A stretch of DNA of 32,000 bases from an uncultured Pseudomonadota bacterium (GTDB lineage Bacteria > Myxococcota_A > UBA796 > GCA-2862545): assembly GCA_903861005.1 (NCBI GenBank), contig CAIOSP010000009.1, positions 28,692 through 60,691 of the forward strand, given 5' to 3'. A program made the translations under genes and the position numbers. The notes beneath the pieces were generated by a model. The model had not been told where the DNA came from and made no database searches. It saw nothing but the letters and a program-made list of their open reading frames with translations. Of this stretch, positions 16,760 to 25,194 are shown one piece after another (position 1 is the stretch's first letter; the number at the start of each line of letters is the position of its first letter).

Positions 16760-18901
16760 ATGCCGAGCGCGCCCCCGGTTACATTGCCTGGCGTCGGTGT
16801 CGATGACGGAGCCATCTTGTCCGAGCCCCTAGAGGACCTCCCGCCCAGCCCCACGGTGCCGTTCGGCGACCCGCCCATGGTCGATCGCGAGTCCAGCTGG
16901 CTGCGCTTCAACGAGCGCGTCCTGGACGAGGCGGCGGACCCGACCAACCCGCTGCTGGAGCGCGTGCGCTTCATCAGCATCTTCCACCGGAACCTGGACG
17001 AGTTCTTCATGATCCGGGTGAGCGGCATCCGGCATCAGCTGGAGGCCGGCGTCGAGGTGCCGTCCCACCAGGGCCAGACGCCACGTCAGCGCCTGGAAAC
17101 GCTGTCTAATCAGGTCCGGGCGACGCTGGAGCACGCCGACGCGGTGCTCAACGACCTCACCGGGGCGCTGATGGCGTCGGGGATCGTGCTGGTGCGCTAC
17201 GAAGACATCTCGCGCCGCGAACAGTCCCGCTGGGAGCGCTACTACGACCAGCAGGTGCACCCCACGCTGACGCCGCTGGCGATCAGCAAGGCCTTCCCCT
17301 TCCCGTTCATCAGCAACCTGTCGCTGAACATGGCGGTGATGGTCGACGCACCGGACGGCGAGCGTCGGCTGGCGCGCATCAAGATCCCCGACCACCTGCC
17401 GCGCCTGCTCGCGCTCGACGAAGGCCCGCGACGCGAGGGCGCCCCGCTGCGCTTCATGCCGATCGAGAGCCTGGTGAAGGCCAACCTGTCGAGCCTGTTC
17501 CCCGGCATGGAGGTCGAGCGCCCGTTCACCTTCCGCGTGACGCGCGACGCCGACGTGGAGATCCGCGAGGACGAGGCCGACGACCTGCTCAAGTACATCG
17601 AGACCGAGATGCGCAAGCGGCGCTTCGGCGACGTGGTGCGCTTGGAGATCGACGCGTCCGCCCCCGACGAGATCGTGAGCGAGCTCCACGAGGGCCTGGA
17701 GATCGACGAGCAGGCCACGTACCGGGTCCCGGGCATGGTCGCGCCGAGCGGCCTGTCGCGCTTGGCGGATCTGGAGCTGCCCCAGCACCGCTTCTCCGCG
17801 TTCATCCCCGCTGTGCCGAACGGCTTCAAGGGCGAGTCGCTGTTCCGTCGCATCGCCAAGGGCGACGTCATGGTGCACCACCCGTTCGACGCGTTCGCGT
17901 CGGTCGCGGAGTTCGTGCGCGTCGCGGCGCGTGATCCCAACGTGCTGGCGATCAAGCAGACCCTGTACCGCACCAGCGGCGACTCGCCGGTGATCGCGGC
18001 CCTGCTGGAGGCCGTGAGCCTGGGCAAGCAGGTCGCGGCGGTCGTCGAGCTCAAGGCGCGCTTTGACGAGGAGAACAACATCGTGTGGGCGCGTCGCCTG
18101 GAAGAAGCTGGCGTGCACGTGATCTACGGTGTCCCCGGGCTCAAGACGCACGCCAAGCTGGCCATGGTCGTGCGCCGCGAGGAGCGCGGCCTGCGCCGCT
18201 ACGTGCACATCGGCACCGGCAACTACAATCCAGTCACCGCGCGCGTGTACACGGACCTTGGCCTGTTCACCTGCGACGAGGAGATCTGCGCCGACGTCGC
18301 GGATCTGTTCAACCAGATCACCGGCTTCGCGAGGCCCGCCACCTTCCGCAAGCTGCTGGTCGCGCCGCGCTTCATGGCGGACGATTGGAGCGCGCTGATC
18401 CGCCACGAGACGCGGCAGGCCAAGCTGGGCAAGCCCGCACGCATCGTCGCCAAGGTCAACGGCCTGACCGAGCCCAAGATCATTACGGCGCTCTACGACG
18501 CGTCCAAGGCCGGCGTGAAGATCGACCTGCTGGTGCGCGGCATCTGCAGCCTCGTCCCCGGCGTGCCCGGACTGTCGGAGAACATCCGCGTGCGAAGCGT
18601 GATCGGGCGCTTCCTGGAGCACGCGCGCGTGCTGTGGTTCCACCACGGCGGCGATCCCAAGGTCTACATCGGGTCCGCGGACTTGATGGGCCGCAACCTG
18701 CACCGCCGGGTGGAGGTCATGGTCCCGATCGAGAGCAAGCGCTGGCGCAAGTGGCTCTGGGACTCCTACCTGGTGCGCTACCTGGAAGACGTCGGCCGCT
18801 CACGCGAGATGCAGGCTGACGGGTCCTGGACCCGCGTCCGCGACGAGGTCGGAGGCACGCAGCCCGACGTACACGAGCAGTTCCTGGCCGATCTGGAGTA
18901 G
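16760..18901 (+). CDS. ppk: Polyphosphate kinase 1
   Basis: The N-terminus SSWLRFNERVLDEAADPTNPLLERVRFISIFHRNLDEFFMIRV, plus KTHAKLAMVVRRE and GRFLEHARVLWF, are PPK1 hallmarks. The start is ambiguous: ATG 16760 (only 22 nt from surE), TTG 16817 (after GGAG) or ATG 16877 (MVDRESSWL...). GC3 is low between 16778 and 16810. Confidence 0.9.
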   Translation: MPSAPPVTLPGVGVDDGAILSEPLEDLPPSPTVPFGDPPMVDRESSWLRFNERVLDEAADPTNPLLERVRFISIFHRNLDEFFMIRVSGIRHQLEAGVEVPSHQGQTPRQRLETLSNQVRATLEHADAVLNDLTGALMASGIVLVRYEDISRREQSRWERYYDQQVHPTLTPLAISKAFPFPFISNLSLNMAVMVDAPDGERRLARIKIPDHLPRLLALDEGPRREGAPLRFMPIESLVKANLSSLFPGMEVERPFTFRVTRDADVEIREDEADDLLKYIETEMRKRRFGDVVRLEIDASAPDEIVSELHEGLEIDEQATYRVPGMVAPSGLSRLADLELPQHRFSAFIPAVPNGFKGESLFRRIAKGDVMVHHPFDAFASVAEFVRVAARDPNVLAIKQTLYRTSGDSPVIAALLEAVSLGKQVAAVVELKARFDEENNIVWARRLEEAGVHVIYGVPGLKTHAKLAMVVRREERGLRRYVHIGTGNYNPVTARVYTDLGLFTCDEEICADVADLFNQITGFARPATFRKLLVAPRFMADDWSALIRHETRQAKLGKPARIVAKVNGLTEPKIITALYDASKAGVKIDLLVRGICSLVPGVPGLSENIRVRSVIGRFLEHARVLWFHHGGDPKVYIGSADLMGRNLHRRVEVMVPIESKRWRKWLWDSYLVRYLEDVGRSREMQADGSWTRVRDEVGGTQPDVHEQFLADLE

Positions 18902-18932
18902 CGTCGCGCGCGACGGTCCGACGCGACCGCGA

Positions 18933-21245
18933 TCACCGTCGCGCGCGACCGCTCTGAGCCGCGCGCCAACGCTGCGCGACCGCCGCCCAAGCGTCCTCGG
19001 GGATGCCCCAAGAGGCTGCCGCCGACGGCCCACCCGCCAACATCCACTCCAGCGCGTCGGCGCGGATCCGCCAGCGACCCACGGGCACAAAGCCCAGCGC
19101 GACGGTGACGTCCTCCGCCCAGTCTGCGCGCACCGCGAGCGTGGACGCGGCGACGTCCGGGACGGCGCCATGATGCACGCGCCACAGCAGCGCGCGCTCC
19201 ACCACCCGCGCGACCGACGGCGTGTGCTGCACCGTCACCTCGCCCACCACGATCGCGTCGCGCTCCAGGCGTACGAGCGCGTCCGCCCCCTGCTCGCGCA
19301 GCGCGCTCGACCACGCGGCGCGCGGCGTCAGCCCTAGGCGCTCGTGCAGCGCGTGACGCAGCGCGCGCTCCGGCGCGGTCAGATCAGGTGACGCAACGAT
19401 CACCCACGACCCGAGCCACCCCGCCAGCCAGCGCTCCAGCCGCCCCACCAGGCGAGCGCGCGCTGCGCCTTCGAGCAGGTCCGTGCGCGGGATGCGCAGC
19501 GTCGGACGACGCCAGTCCGGACCCGCCGTCAGCGTCGCGAGCGCCACGTCCTGCCAGCGCAGCGTGCCGTCCAGTCCAAGCAGGATCTCCGTGTCGGGCG
19601 CCGCCTCCAGTCCCGCCACCTGCTCCAAGAGCCACGGCGTCACCGCCGCACGCACCGCGCGCTCCAGGTGGCTGCCAGGCGGCGCGTCGACGTCGACGTG
19701 AAAGCCACGCAGGCCGCCCACCACCTCGCCGTTCGACGAGACGAGCGTGTCGCCCACGCGGCGCACCGTGGGCGTCACCACGCCGTCGCGCGACACCGCG
19801 ACGCCCAGGCGGCGATCGACGAAGCGCGCCGTGAGCTGCGTGTGCAGCGCGTCCGACAGGCGCTCCTCCAGATCACGCACGCGCGCCTGCCAACCGCGCC
19901 CGTCCTTGAGCCACCCGGCGCGGTTGGCGACGTAGGTCCACGTGCGCACCGCCGCCAGGCGCGAGGTGAGCGCGTCCACGTCACCCTCGGTGCGGTCCAG
20001 GCGCTTGATCTGCGCCGCGAACCAGTCCTCGGGCAGCTCGCCGCCGTTGTCGATCAGGTGCACGAAGATCGCCTCCACCAGCGCGCCATGGTGCTCGGGC
20101 AGCACGTCAGCGAAGTCGGGGATGCCGCACACCTCCCACAGCAGGCGGATCGCGTCGGGTCGCTTGGCGCGCGACAGCACGGCGGGGCTGCGCGCGACCG
20201 CGTCCAGCACCTGCGCGTCGTCCGCGTCGCGCACGGCGATCAGGCAGCGGCGCGGCGCGGGCACCACCAGGCTGTCGCGCAGCGCGCCCACCGTGTCAAA
20301 GCTCAGGTCGGAGCTGCGCCAGTACAGGCGGGTCAGCGGCTCGAACTGGTGCTGCTCGATCGCGTCGACCAGGCCCGGATCCAGCGGGTCGAGCCCCGCC
20401 GTCTCGCCAAAGGTGCCGTCGCGTCGGTGACGCCCGGCGCGCCCCGCGATCTGCGCGAGCTCGTCGGCACGCAGCGGTCGTGTGCCGCGCCCGTCGAACT
20501 TCTCCGCGCCTGCCAGCGCGATGTGGTGCACGTCCAGGTTCAAGCCCATGCCGATCGCGTCGGTCGCGACCAAGTGCTCCACCTCGCCCGCCTCGAACAT
20601 GGCGACCTGCGCGTTGCGCGTGCGCGGGGACAGCGCGCCCAGCACCACCGCCACGCCGCCGTGGCGCGCGCGCAGCCGCTCGGCCAGCTCGTAGACTCGA
20701 CGCGCGGAGAACGCGACCACGGCGCTGCGCGGCGGCAGGCCCGTCACCTTGCGCGGCCCGGCGTACGACAGGTTCGAGAGCCGCGGCTGCGTGCGGATCT
20801 GCGCGGTAGGCACCAGCATCGACAGCAGCGGCGCGATCGTCTCCGAGCCCAGGAACCACGTCTCGCCCACGCCGCGCGCGCGCAGCAGACGGTCGGTGAA
20901 GGCGTGTCCGCGGGCCGGATCCCCCGCGAGCTGGATCTCGTCGACCGCCAGGAAGCCGACCGGCTTGTCCACGGGCATGCTCTCGACGGTGCACACCCAG
21001 TAGCGGGCATCGCGTGGGACCCGCTTCTCCTCGCCGGTGAGCAGCGCGACCTGATCCACGCCCTTCTCCCGCACCACGCGGTCGTAGACCTCGCGCGCCA
21101 ACAACCGCAACGGCAGGCCGATCATCCCCGTCCGGTGCGCGAGCATCCGCTGGATGGCGACGTGGGTCTTGCCGGTGTTGGTCGGCCCCAGGACCGCCGT
21201 GATCGTCCCTGCGGTGGAGAGGTCGAGCCCAGACGGTGTGGCCAT
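18933..21245 (-). CDS. Suv3/SUPV3L1-like superfamily 2 RNA helicase with long C-terminal extension, 770 aa
   Basis: ATG 21245 gives MATPSGLDLSTAGTITAVLGPTNTGKTH (Walker A). Further motifs are VDEIQL, ATDAIGMGLN and QIAGRAGR. The short N-terminus and motif order are as in the Suv3 family. About 400 aa of helical C-terminal region follow. Confidence 0.8.
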   Translation of the reverse strand: MATPSGLDLSTAGTITAVLGPTNTGKTHVAIQRMLAHRTGMIGLPLRLLAREVYDRVVREKGVDQVALLTGEEKRVPRDARYWVCTVESMPVDKPVGFLAVDEIQLAGDPARGHAFTDRLLRARGVGETWFLGSETIAPLLSMLVPTAQIRTQPRLSNLSYAGPRKVTGLPPRSAVVAFSARRVYELAERLRARHGGVAVVLGALSPRTRNAQVAMFEAGEVEHLVATDAIGMGLNLDVHHIALAGAEKFDGRGTRPLRADELAQIAGRAGRHRRDGTFGETAGLDPLDPGLVDAIEQHQFEPLTRLYWRSSDLSFDTVGALRDSLVVPAPRRCLIAVRDADDAQVLDAVARSPAVLSRAKRPDAIRLLWEVCGIPDFADVLPEHHGALVEAIFVHLIDNGGELPEDWFAAQIKRLDRTEGDVDALTSRLAAVRTWTYVANRAGWLKDGRGWQARVRDLEERLSDALHTQLTARFVDRRLGVAVSRDGVVTPTVRRVGDTLVSSNGEVVGGLRGFHVDVDAPPGSHLERAVRAAVTPWLLEQVAGLEAAPDTEILLGLDGTLRWQDVALATLTAGPDWRRPTLRIPRTDLLEGAARARLVGRLERWLAGWLGSWVIVASPDLTAPERALRHALHERLGLTPRAAWSSALREQGADALVRLERDAIVVGEVTVQHTPSVARVVERALLWRVHHGAVPDVAASTLAVRADWAEDVTVALGFVPVGRWRIRADALEWMLAGGPSAAASWGIPEDAWAAVAQRWRAAQSGRARR

Positions 21246-21299
21246 GTCCCCTCCCCATCCCAGGTGAGAACAGATACCATGCCGAATCCGGGAGAACCG

Positions 21300-22424
21300 A
21301 TGCGCCGCTCTGTCCTGATGGCTGCAATTGTCACGCTCACCGCATGCGGCAAGGCCGACCCGGTCGTCGAGCCGCAGCCGTTGGACCTCCCCGCTGACCC
21401 GGCCGCCGAGGGCGTACCTGTTGGCGTGCGCACCGTGCTCGCCAACGACGAGTCGTTCGAGGTCTGGTACCCGGCCGACAAGGACGCCACGGGCGACGAC
21501 GACGTGATCAGCCTCCTCACCTACGTCCCCGACGAGGTGGCCACCGTCCTGGCGGATGTGACCATCCCCACCTGGACCCAGCATGCGATCCGCGACGCTG
21601 CCCCGCGTCCTGTGGATGCACCCGTGCCGGTCGTCGTGTTCAGCCACGGCGTATCCGGCTTCCGCACCCAATCGGCCGCGCTCTGCGCCCACCTCGCGTC
21701 GCGCGGGTACGTCGTGATCTCGGTCGACCACCCCGGTCGGAACCTCGCGACCTTCGCGCCGTGCCTGTTCACGCCGCCCGCGGGCGAGTGCCTGCTGGGT
21801 GGCATGTTCGGCGACGACCCCGCGCCGCCTCAGATCGACCACATGCTCGCGTGGCTCGACGCTGGCGTCGACTGGCTCGACGGCCTCGCGGACACCGGCA
21901 ACATGGGCATCTTCGGGCACTCGGCTGGCGGCTTCACCACCACGACCGTCACGAACGCCAACCCGCGCTTCCTCGCCGCGCTCCCGCTCGCGGGCGGCGG
22001 TGACTTCACCGGCGACGCCGAGACGGCGATCATCGGAGGCAGCTGCGACGGCGTCGTCGGGGAGAGCCAGCTTGTGCCGTCCGCCCCCACCACCACGGAC
22101 GGCTACTGGTCGCTCGCGGGCGCGGGCCACCTGGCGTTCTCGGACCTGTGCAAGGTCGACATGGGCGCGGTGGGCGAGCAGCTGAGCGCGCGCCCCGACG
22201 CCAACGCGTTGTTCATCCAGCAGCTCTCCACGCTGGGCACGGACGGCTGCCCATCCTACACGCCCACCGCGTCCGACACCTGCTCGTCCGAGGCCTTCCT
22301 GGACCTCGAGACGTCCGAGCAGGTGCTCAACTACGCCGTCACCGCCTTCTTCGATCAGAAGCTCAAGCAGTCGGGCCCAGGCCTCGAGGCTGGCGCGTAC
22401 GCGCAGCTGACCAAGGCCCCATGA
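21300..22424 (+). CDS. Lipoprotein alpha/beta hydrolase (PAF-acetylhydrolase / chlorophyllase / dienelactone-hydrolase-like)
   Basis: The sequence MRRSVLMAAIVTLTACGK has a consensus lipobox LTAC. VVVFSHGVSGFRTQSAALCAHLASRGYVVISVDHPG and the nucleophile elbow GIFGHSAGG follow. An ATG at 21279 is the alternative start. The remainder of track ORF 19668..22424 is antisense to the helicase. Confidence 0.8.
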   Translation: MRRSVLMAAIVTLTACGKADPVVEPQPLDLPADPAAEGVPVGVRTVLANDESFEVWYPADKDATGDDDVISLLTYVPDEVATVLADVTIPTWTQHAIRDAAPRPVDAPVPVVVFSHGVSGFRTQSAALCAHLASRGYVVISVDHPGRNLATFAPCLFTPPAGECLLGGMFGDDPAPPQIDHMLAWLDAGVDWLDGLADTGNMGIFGHSAGGFTTTTVTNANPRFLAALPLAGGGDFTGDAETAIIGGSCDGVVGESQLVPSAPTTTDGYWSLAGAGHLAFSDLCKVDMGAVGEQLSARPDANALFIQQLSTLGTDGCPSYTPTASDTCSSEAFLDLETSEQVLNYAVTAFFDQKLKQSGPGLEAGAYAQLTKAP

Positions 22425-22441
22425 CCTCCTGAGGAGTGTCG

Positions 22442-23998
22442 ATGCGCAAGCACACCGGGTTCCAGATCCCCCCAGGGTCGACGATCTACGTCCACCAGGC
22501 GTTCAAGTGCTGTCCCTACGCCGGGATGATCACGTCGCAGATCCACGACTACATCGAGCGGAACCACTTCCATGTCGCCGACGACCCCGCGCTCGCCGAC
22601 GTGCAGCTGATCAACACTTGCGGCTCCGACGCCCGCAACGCGAAGCAGACCTTCGACGCGATCACGCTGGTGCGCGATCAAGCCGAAGGCACGCCGATCG
22701 TCGTCACCGGCTGCCTCAACAGCATCGAGCCCAAGCAGCTGACCCAGGCGCTCGACGGCGTGGCCGACAGCGCGATGCTGGACCCGCGCAACCTCAACGC
22801 CCTCGACGAGATGTTCCGGCCGACGGTCGTGAAGTTCGACTCGGTGCGCACGTCGCTGAAGAACCGCTACGCGGGCACGGCGTTCAGCGACCACTGGTAC
22901 CATGTGGGCGCGAGCACGGGCTGCTTCGGCACGTGCACCTTCTGCGCGATCCGTCGCGCCACCGGCCGCCCACGCAGCAACCCGATCGAGGGCGTGCTCG
23001 CGGACGTGCGTCGTGGCCTCGCGGCCGGTCACTACGACGTGCTCCTGGTGTCGACCGACATCAGCGCGTGGGGCGCCGACCTCGGCTTGAACGTGGTCAA
23101 CCTGCTGAGCGCGCTGTCCGACATGTCAGAGGACGTGCTGTTCAGCGCCGAGGCGTTCGAGCCCAAGCTGTTCCTGGAGCACTTCGAGGGCCTGCTGCAG
23201 GTGTTCAAGCGCGGGCGGTTCTCGTTCATCGGCCTGCCGATCCAGTCCGGCAGCCAGCGCATCCTCGACCAGATGGAGCGCGACTACGACATCCAAGCGG
23301 TGCTCGACGCGGTCCGCCGCCTCAAGGCCGAGGTCCCCGATCTGCTCGTGCGCACAGACATCCTCTACGGGTTCGGCGACGAGACCGACCACGACTTCGA
23401 GCTGTCGCGGCTGGCCGGTCGTGTGTTCGATGTGGCGTCGTACAACGCTTACCAGGAGCGGCCCGGCACCGCCCCGATCCAGCTCCCGGCCCACGTGTTC
23501 GACCGCCGCCAAATGGCCGCGATGAACGAGCTGCGCGAGCTCGCGCTGCGCGGCGTGCCGAGCGCCAAGCGCATCCGACCGATCCCCGCCGAACAGTCGA
23601 TCGACTGGGACATCGAGGGCGACCGCCTGGCGCGCGATGAAGTGGCCAGCGTCGATCCGCCTTCCCAAGATCTGCTGCGCTGGCTCACCTCCACCCGCCT
23701 GCGGTTCGCGAACGTGATCGCCAAGCGCGGCAAGATCACGCTGGGCAAGACCGGCTGGCACATCGACGGCGCGCTCGTCCACGACGTGCAGCGCGCGGTC
23801 ATGCTGGTCATGCGCAACAACGCCGGGGAGACCATCGACATTGGCCTGCGACGGCCGGATCAGCCTGGGTCGGCGATGGCGCGCTCCGACCGGTTCGCCA
23901 TGTGGATCGTGACGCCCAACTTCACGCCCACCGAAGAGCAGGATCAGGCGATCAAGACGCTGATGGTGATGCTCGAGCTCAAGCGCGTCCAGAGCTAG
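22442..23998 (+). CDS. Radical SAM methylthiotransferase-like protein (MiaB/RimO/MtaB superfamily) lacking a recognisable TRAM domain; unknown C-terminal domain of about 150 aa
   Basis: The N-terminal MTTase-type Cys triad is FKCCPYAG / LINTCGS / VVTGCLN. The radical SAM motif is CFGTCTFC (CxxxCxxC). Core motifs LPIQSGSQRILDQMERDY and ILYGFGDETDHDF are present. GAGGAG (22431-22436) lies 5 nt before ATG 22442. GTG 22436 is the alternative start. Confidence 0.85.
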   Translation: MRKHTGFQIPPGSTIYVHQAFKCCPYAGMITSQIHDYIERNHFHVADDPALADVQLINTCGSDARNAKQTFDAITLVRDQAEGTPIVVTGCLNSIEPKQLTQALDGVADSAMLDPRNLNALDEMFRPTVVKFDSVRTSLKNRYAGTAFSDHWYHVGASTGCFGTCTFCAIRRATGRPRSNPIEGVLADVRRGLAAGHYDVLLVSTDISAWGADLGLNVVNLLSALSDMSEDVLFSAEAFEPKLFLEHFEGLLQVFKRGRFSFIGLPIQSGSQRILDQMERDYDIQAVLDAVRRLKAEVPDLLVRTDILYGFGDETDHDFELSRLAGRVFDVASYNAYQERPGTAPIQLPAHVFDRRQMAAMNELRELALRGVPSAKRIRPIPAEQSIDWDIEGDRLARDEVASVDPPSQDLLRWLTSTRLRFANVIAKRGKITLGKTGWHIDGALVHDVQRAVMLVMRNNAGETIDIGLRRPDQPGSAMARSDRFAMWIVTPNFTPTEEQDQAIKTLMVMLELKRVQS

Positions 23999-24026
23999 CG
24001 CGCCGCACGTCGGATAGACGCCGCCC

Positions 24027-25133
24027 ATGCGCACCCCCAACCTGACAGGCCTCGTGCCCCTGTGGCGCGAGCTGACCGGAAACACCGACGGCCCCGCCGA
24101 TCGCCTCACCCGCGCGGAGGAGGCGGCGGTCGCGCGTGCGGTGCATCGCCTGTCGGCGGGCTTCTCGGGCGACCGCAACATCGCCGGACAGGGCTACCTG
24201 CAGGACGCGGCGCGGCTGGGCGCCTACCTCGTGTTCTTCGCGCCGATCAGCCACGCCCAGGCGCACGCGGTGTTCAACGCTGTGTCACTCAAGCCTGGGC
24301 CCAGCGGGCGCGCGCTCGACCTGGGCTGCGGGCCGGGGCCTGTGTCGCGCGCGCTGCTGGACCTGGGCTTCACGGAGGTACACGCGGGCGACCATGCGAC
24401 GGAGGCGCTGACGGTGGCGCGCGGCCTGGCCCGCGGCGCGCGCGGCGCCCTGCACCCCTTCTTCTGGGACGGCGAAGGCGACACCATGCTCCCCGACGGC
24501 CCGTTCGACGTGATCACGTTCGGCCACGTGCTCAACGAGCTGTCCAAGCGCGCGCCGGACCGAATCGAGCGCCGCGCGGCGTTGCTGGAGTCGCTGTCGG
24601 CCCGGCTGTCGCCCGGCGGCCGCTTGATCGCGTTCGAGCCCGCCAGCCACGCGATCAACGCCGACACGCTCGCGCTGCGAGACGAGATGGTCGCCCGCGG
24701 TTTCACCGTCGAGGCGCCCTGCTTCACGACCGGTCCATGCCCCGCGCGTGCCGCGGGTGCGGCGTGCCACGGTGAGCTGGTGTGGTCCGCGCCTGAGCAG
24801 GTCCGCGCGCTCGCCCGCGCGGCGCACCTGGACAAGTCCACGCTGGCCTATGGCTGGCTGGTCCTGCGGGCCCCCAGTGCGCCGGTGGACGTCCGCCCGG
24901 AGACCCGCGTGCGCGTCGTCAGCGAGCGCCTGCGCAACAAGGCCGGACGCGAGCGCTTCGTGGTGTGTGGCGCACAAGGGCGCTTCAGCTTGAGCGCGCC
25001 GCCTGACTCCGCCGCACCCTGGACGTCCGCCTGGCGCGCCCTGGGCCGGGGGGACGCGGTGGACGTCGTCGCGCCCGAAGCGCGCGAGAGCGGCTGGGGC
25101 CTGACGCCCGCGAGCCGCCTCGACAAGGTCTAG
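24027..25133 (+). CDS. Class I SAM-dependent methyltransferase, Rsm22-like
   Basis: The SAM motif I is ALDLGCGPGPVS. ITFGHVLNEL and GGRLIAFEP follow. A C-terminal Cys cluster (APCFTTGPCPARAAGAACHG) and a following beta-rich domain match the layout I associate with bacterial Rsm22-family proteins. The gene starts 28 nt after the radical SAM gene. Confidence 0.7.
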   Translation: MRTPNLTGLVPLWRELTGNTDGPADRLTRAEEAAVARAVHRLSAGFSGDRNIAGQGYLQDAARLGAYLVFFAPISHAQAHAVFNAVSLKPGPSGRALDLGCGPGPVSRALLDLGFTEVHAGDHATEALTVARGLARGARGALHPFFWDGEGDTMLPDGPFDVITFGHVLNELSKRAPDRIERRAALLESLSARLSPGGRLIAFEPASHAINADTLALRDEMVARGFTVEAPCFTTGPCPARAAGAACHGELVWSAPEQVRALARAAHLDKSTLAYGWLVLRAPSAPVDVRPETRVRVVSERLRNKAGRERFVVCGAQGRFSLSAPPDSAAPWTSAWRALGRGDAVDVVAPEARESGWGLTPASRLDKV

Positions 25134-25194
25134 GGTCGCGGCCTCCTGCGCGATGCGGCTTGCCCCTCACCGCCCCCCTGGCGTAGGTTGCCTC

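Noticed and set aside
19668-21299. The 5' two-thirds of the 918-aa (+) ORF 19668..22424, which would overlap the helicase gene.
   Set aside because: This part is Arg/Ala/His/Gln-rich and has no recognisable domain. It is exactly antisense to a helicase ORF with clear motifs. A lipoprotein signal (MRRSVLMAAIVTLTAC) marks a sensible start at 21300. It is a typical open antisense frame in high-GC DNA.
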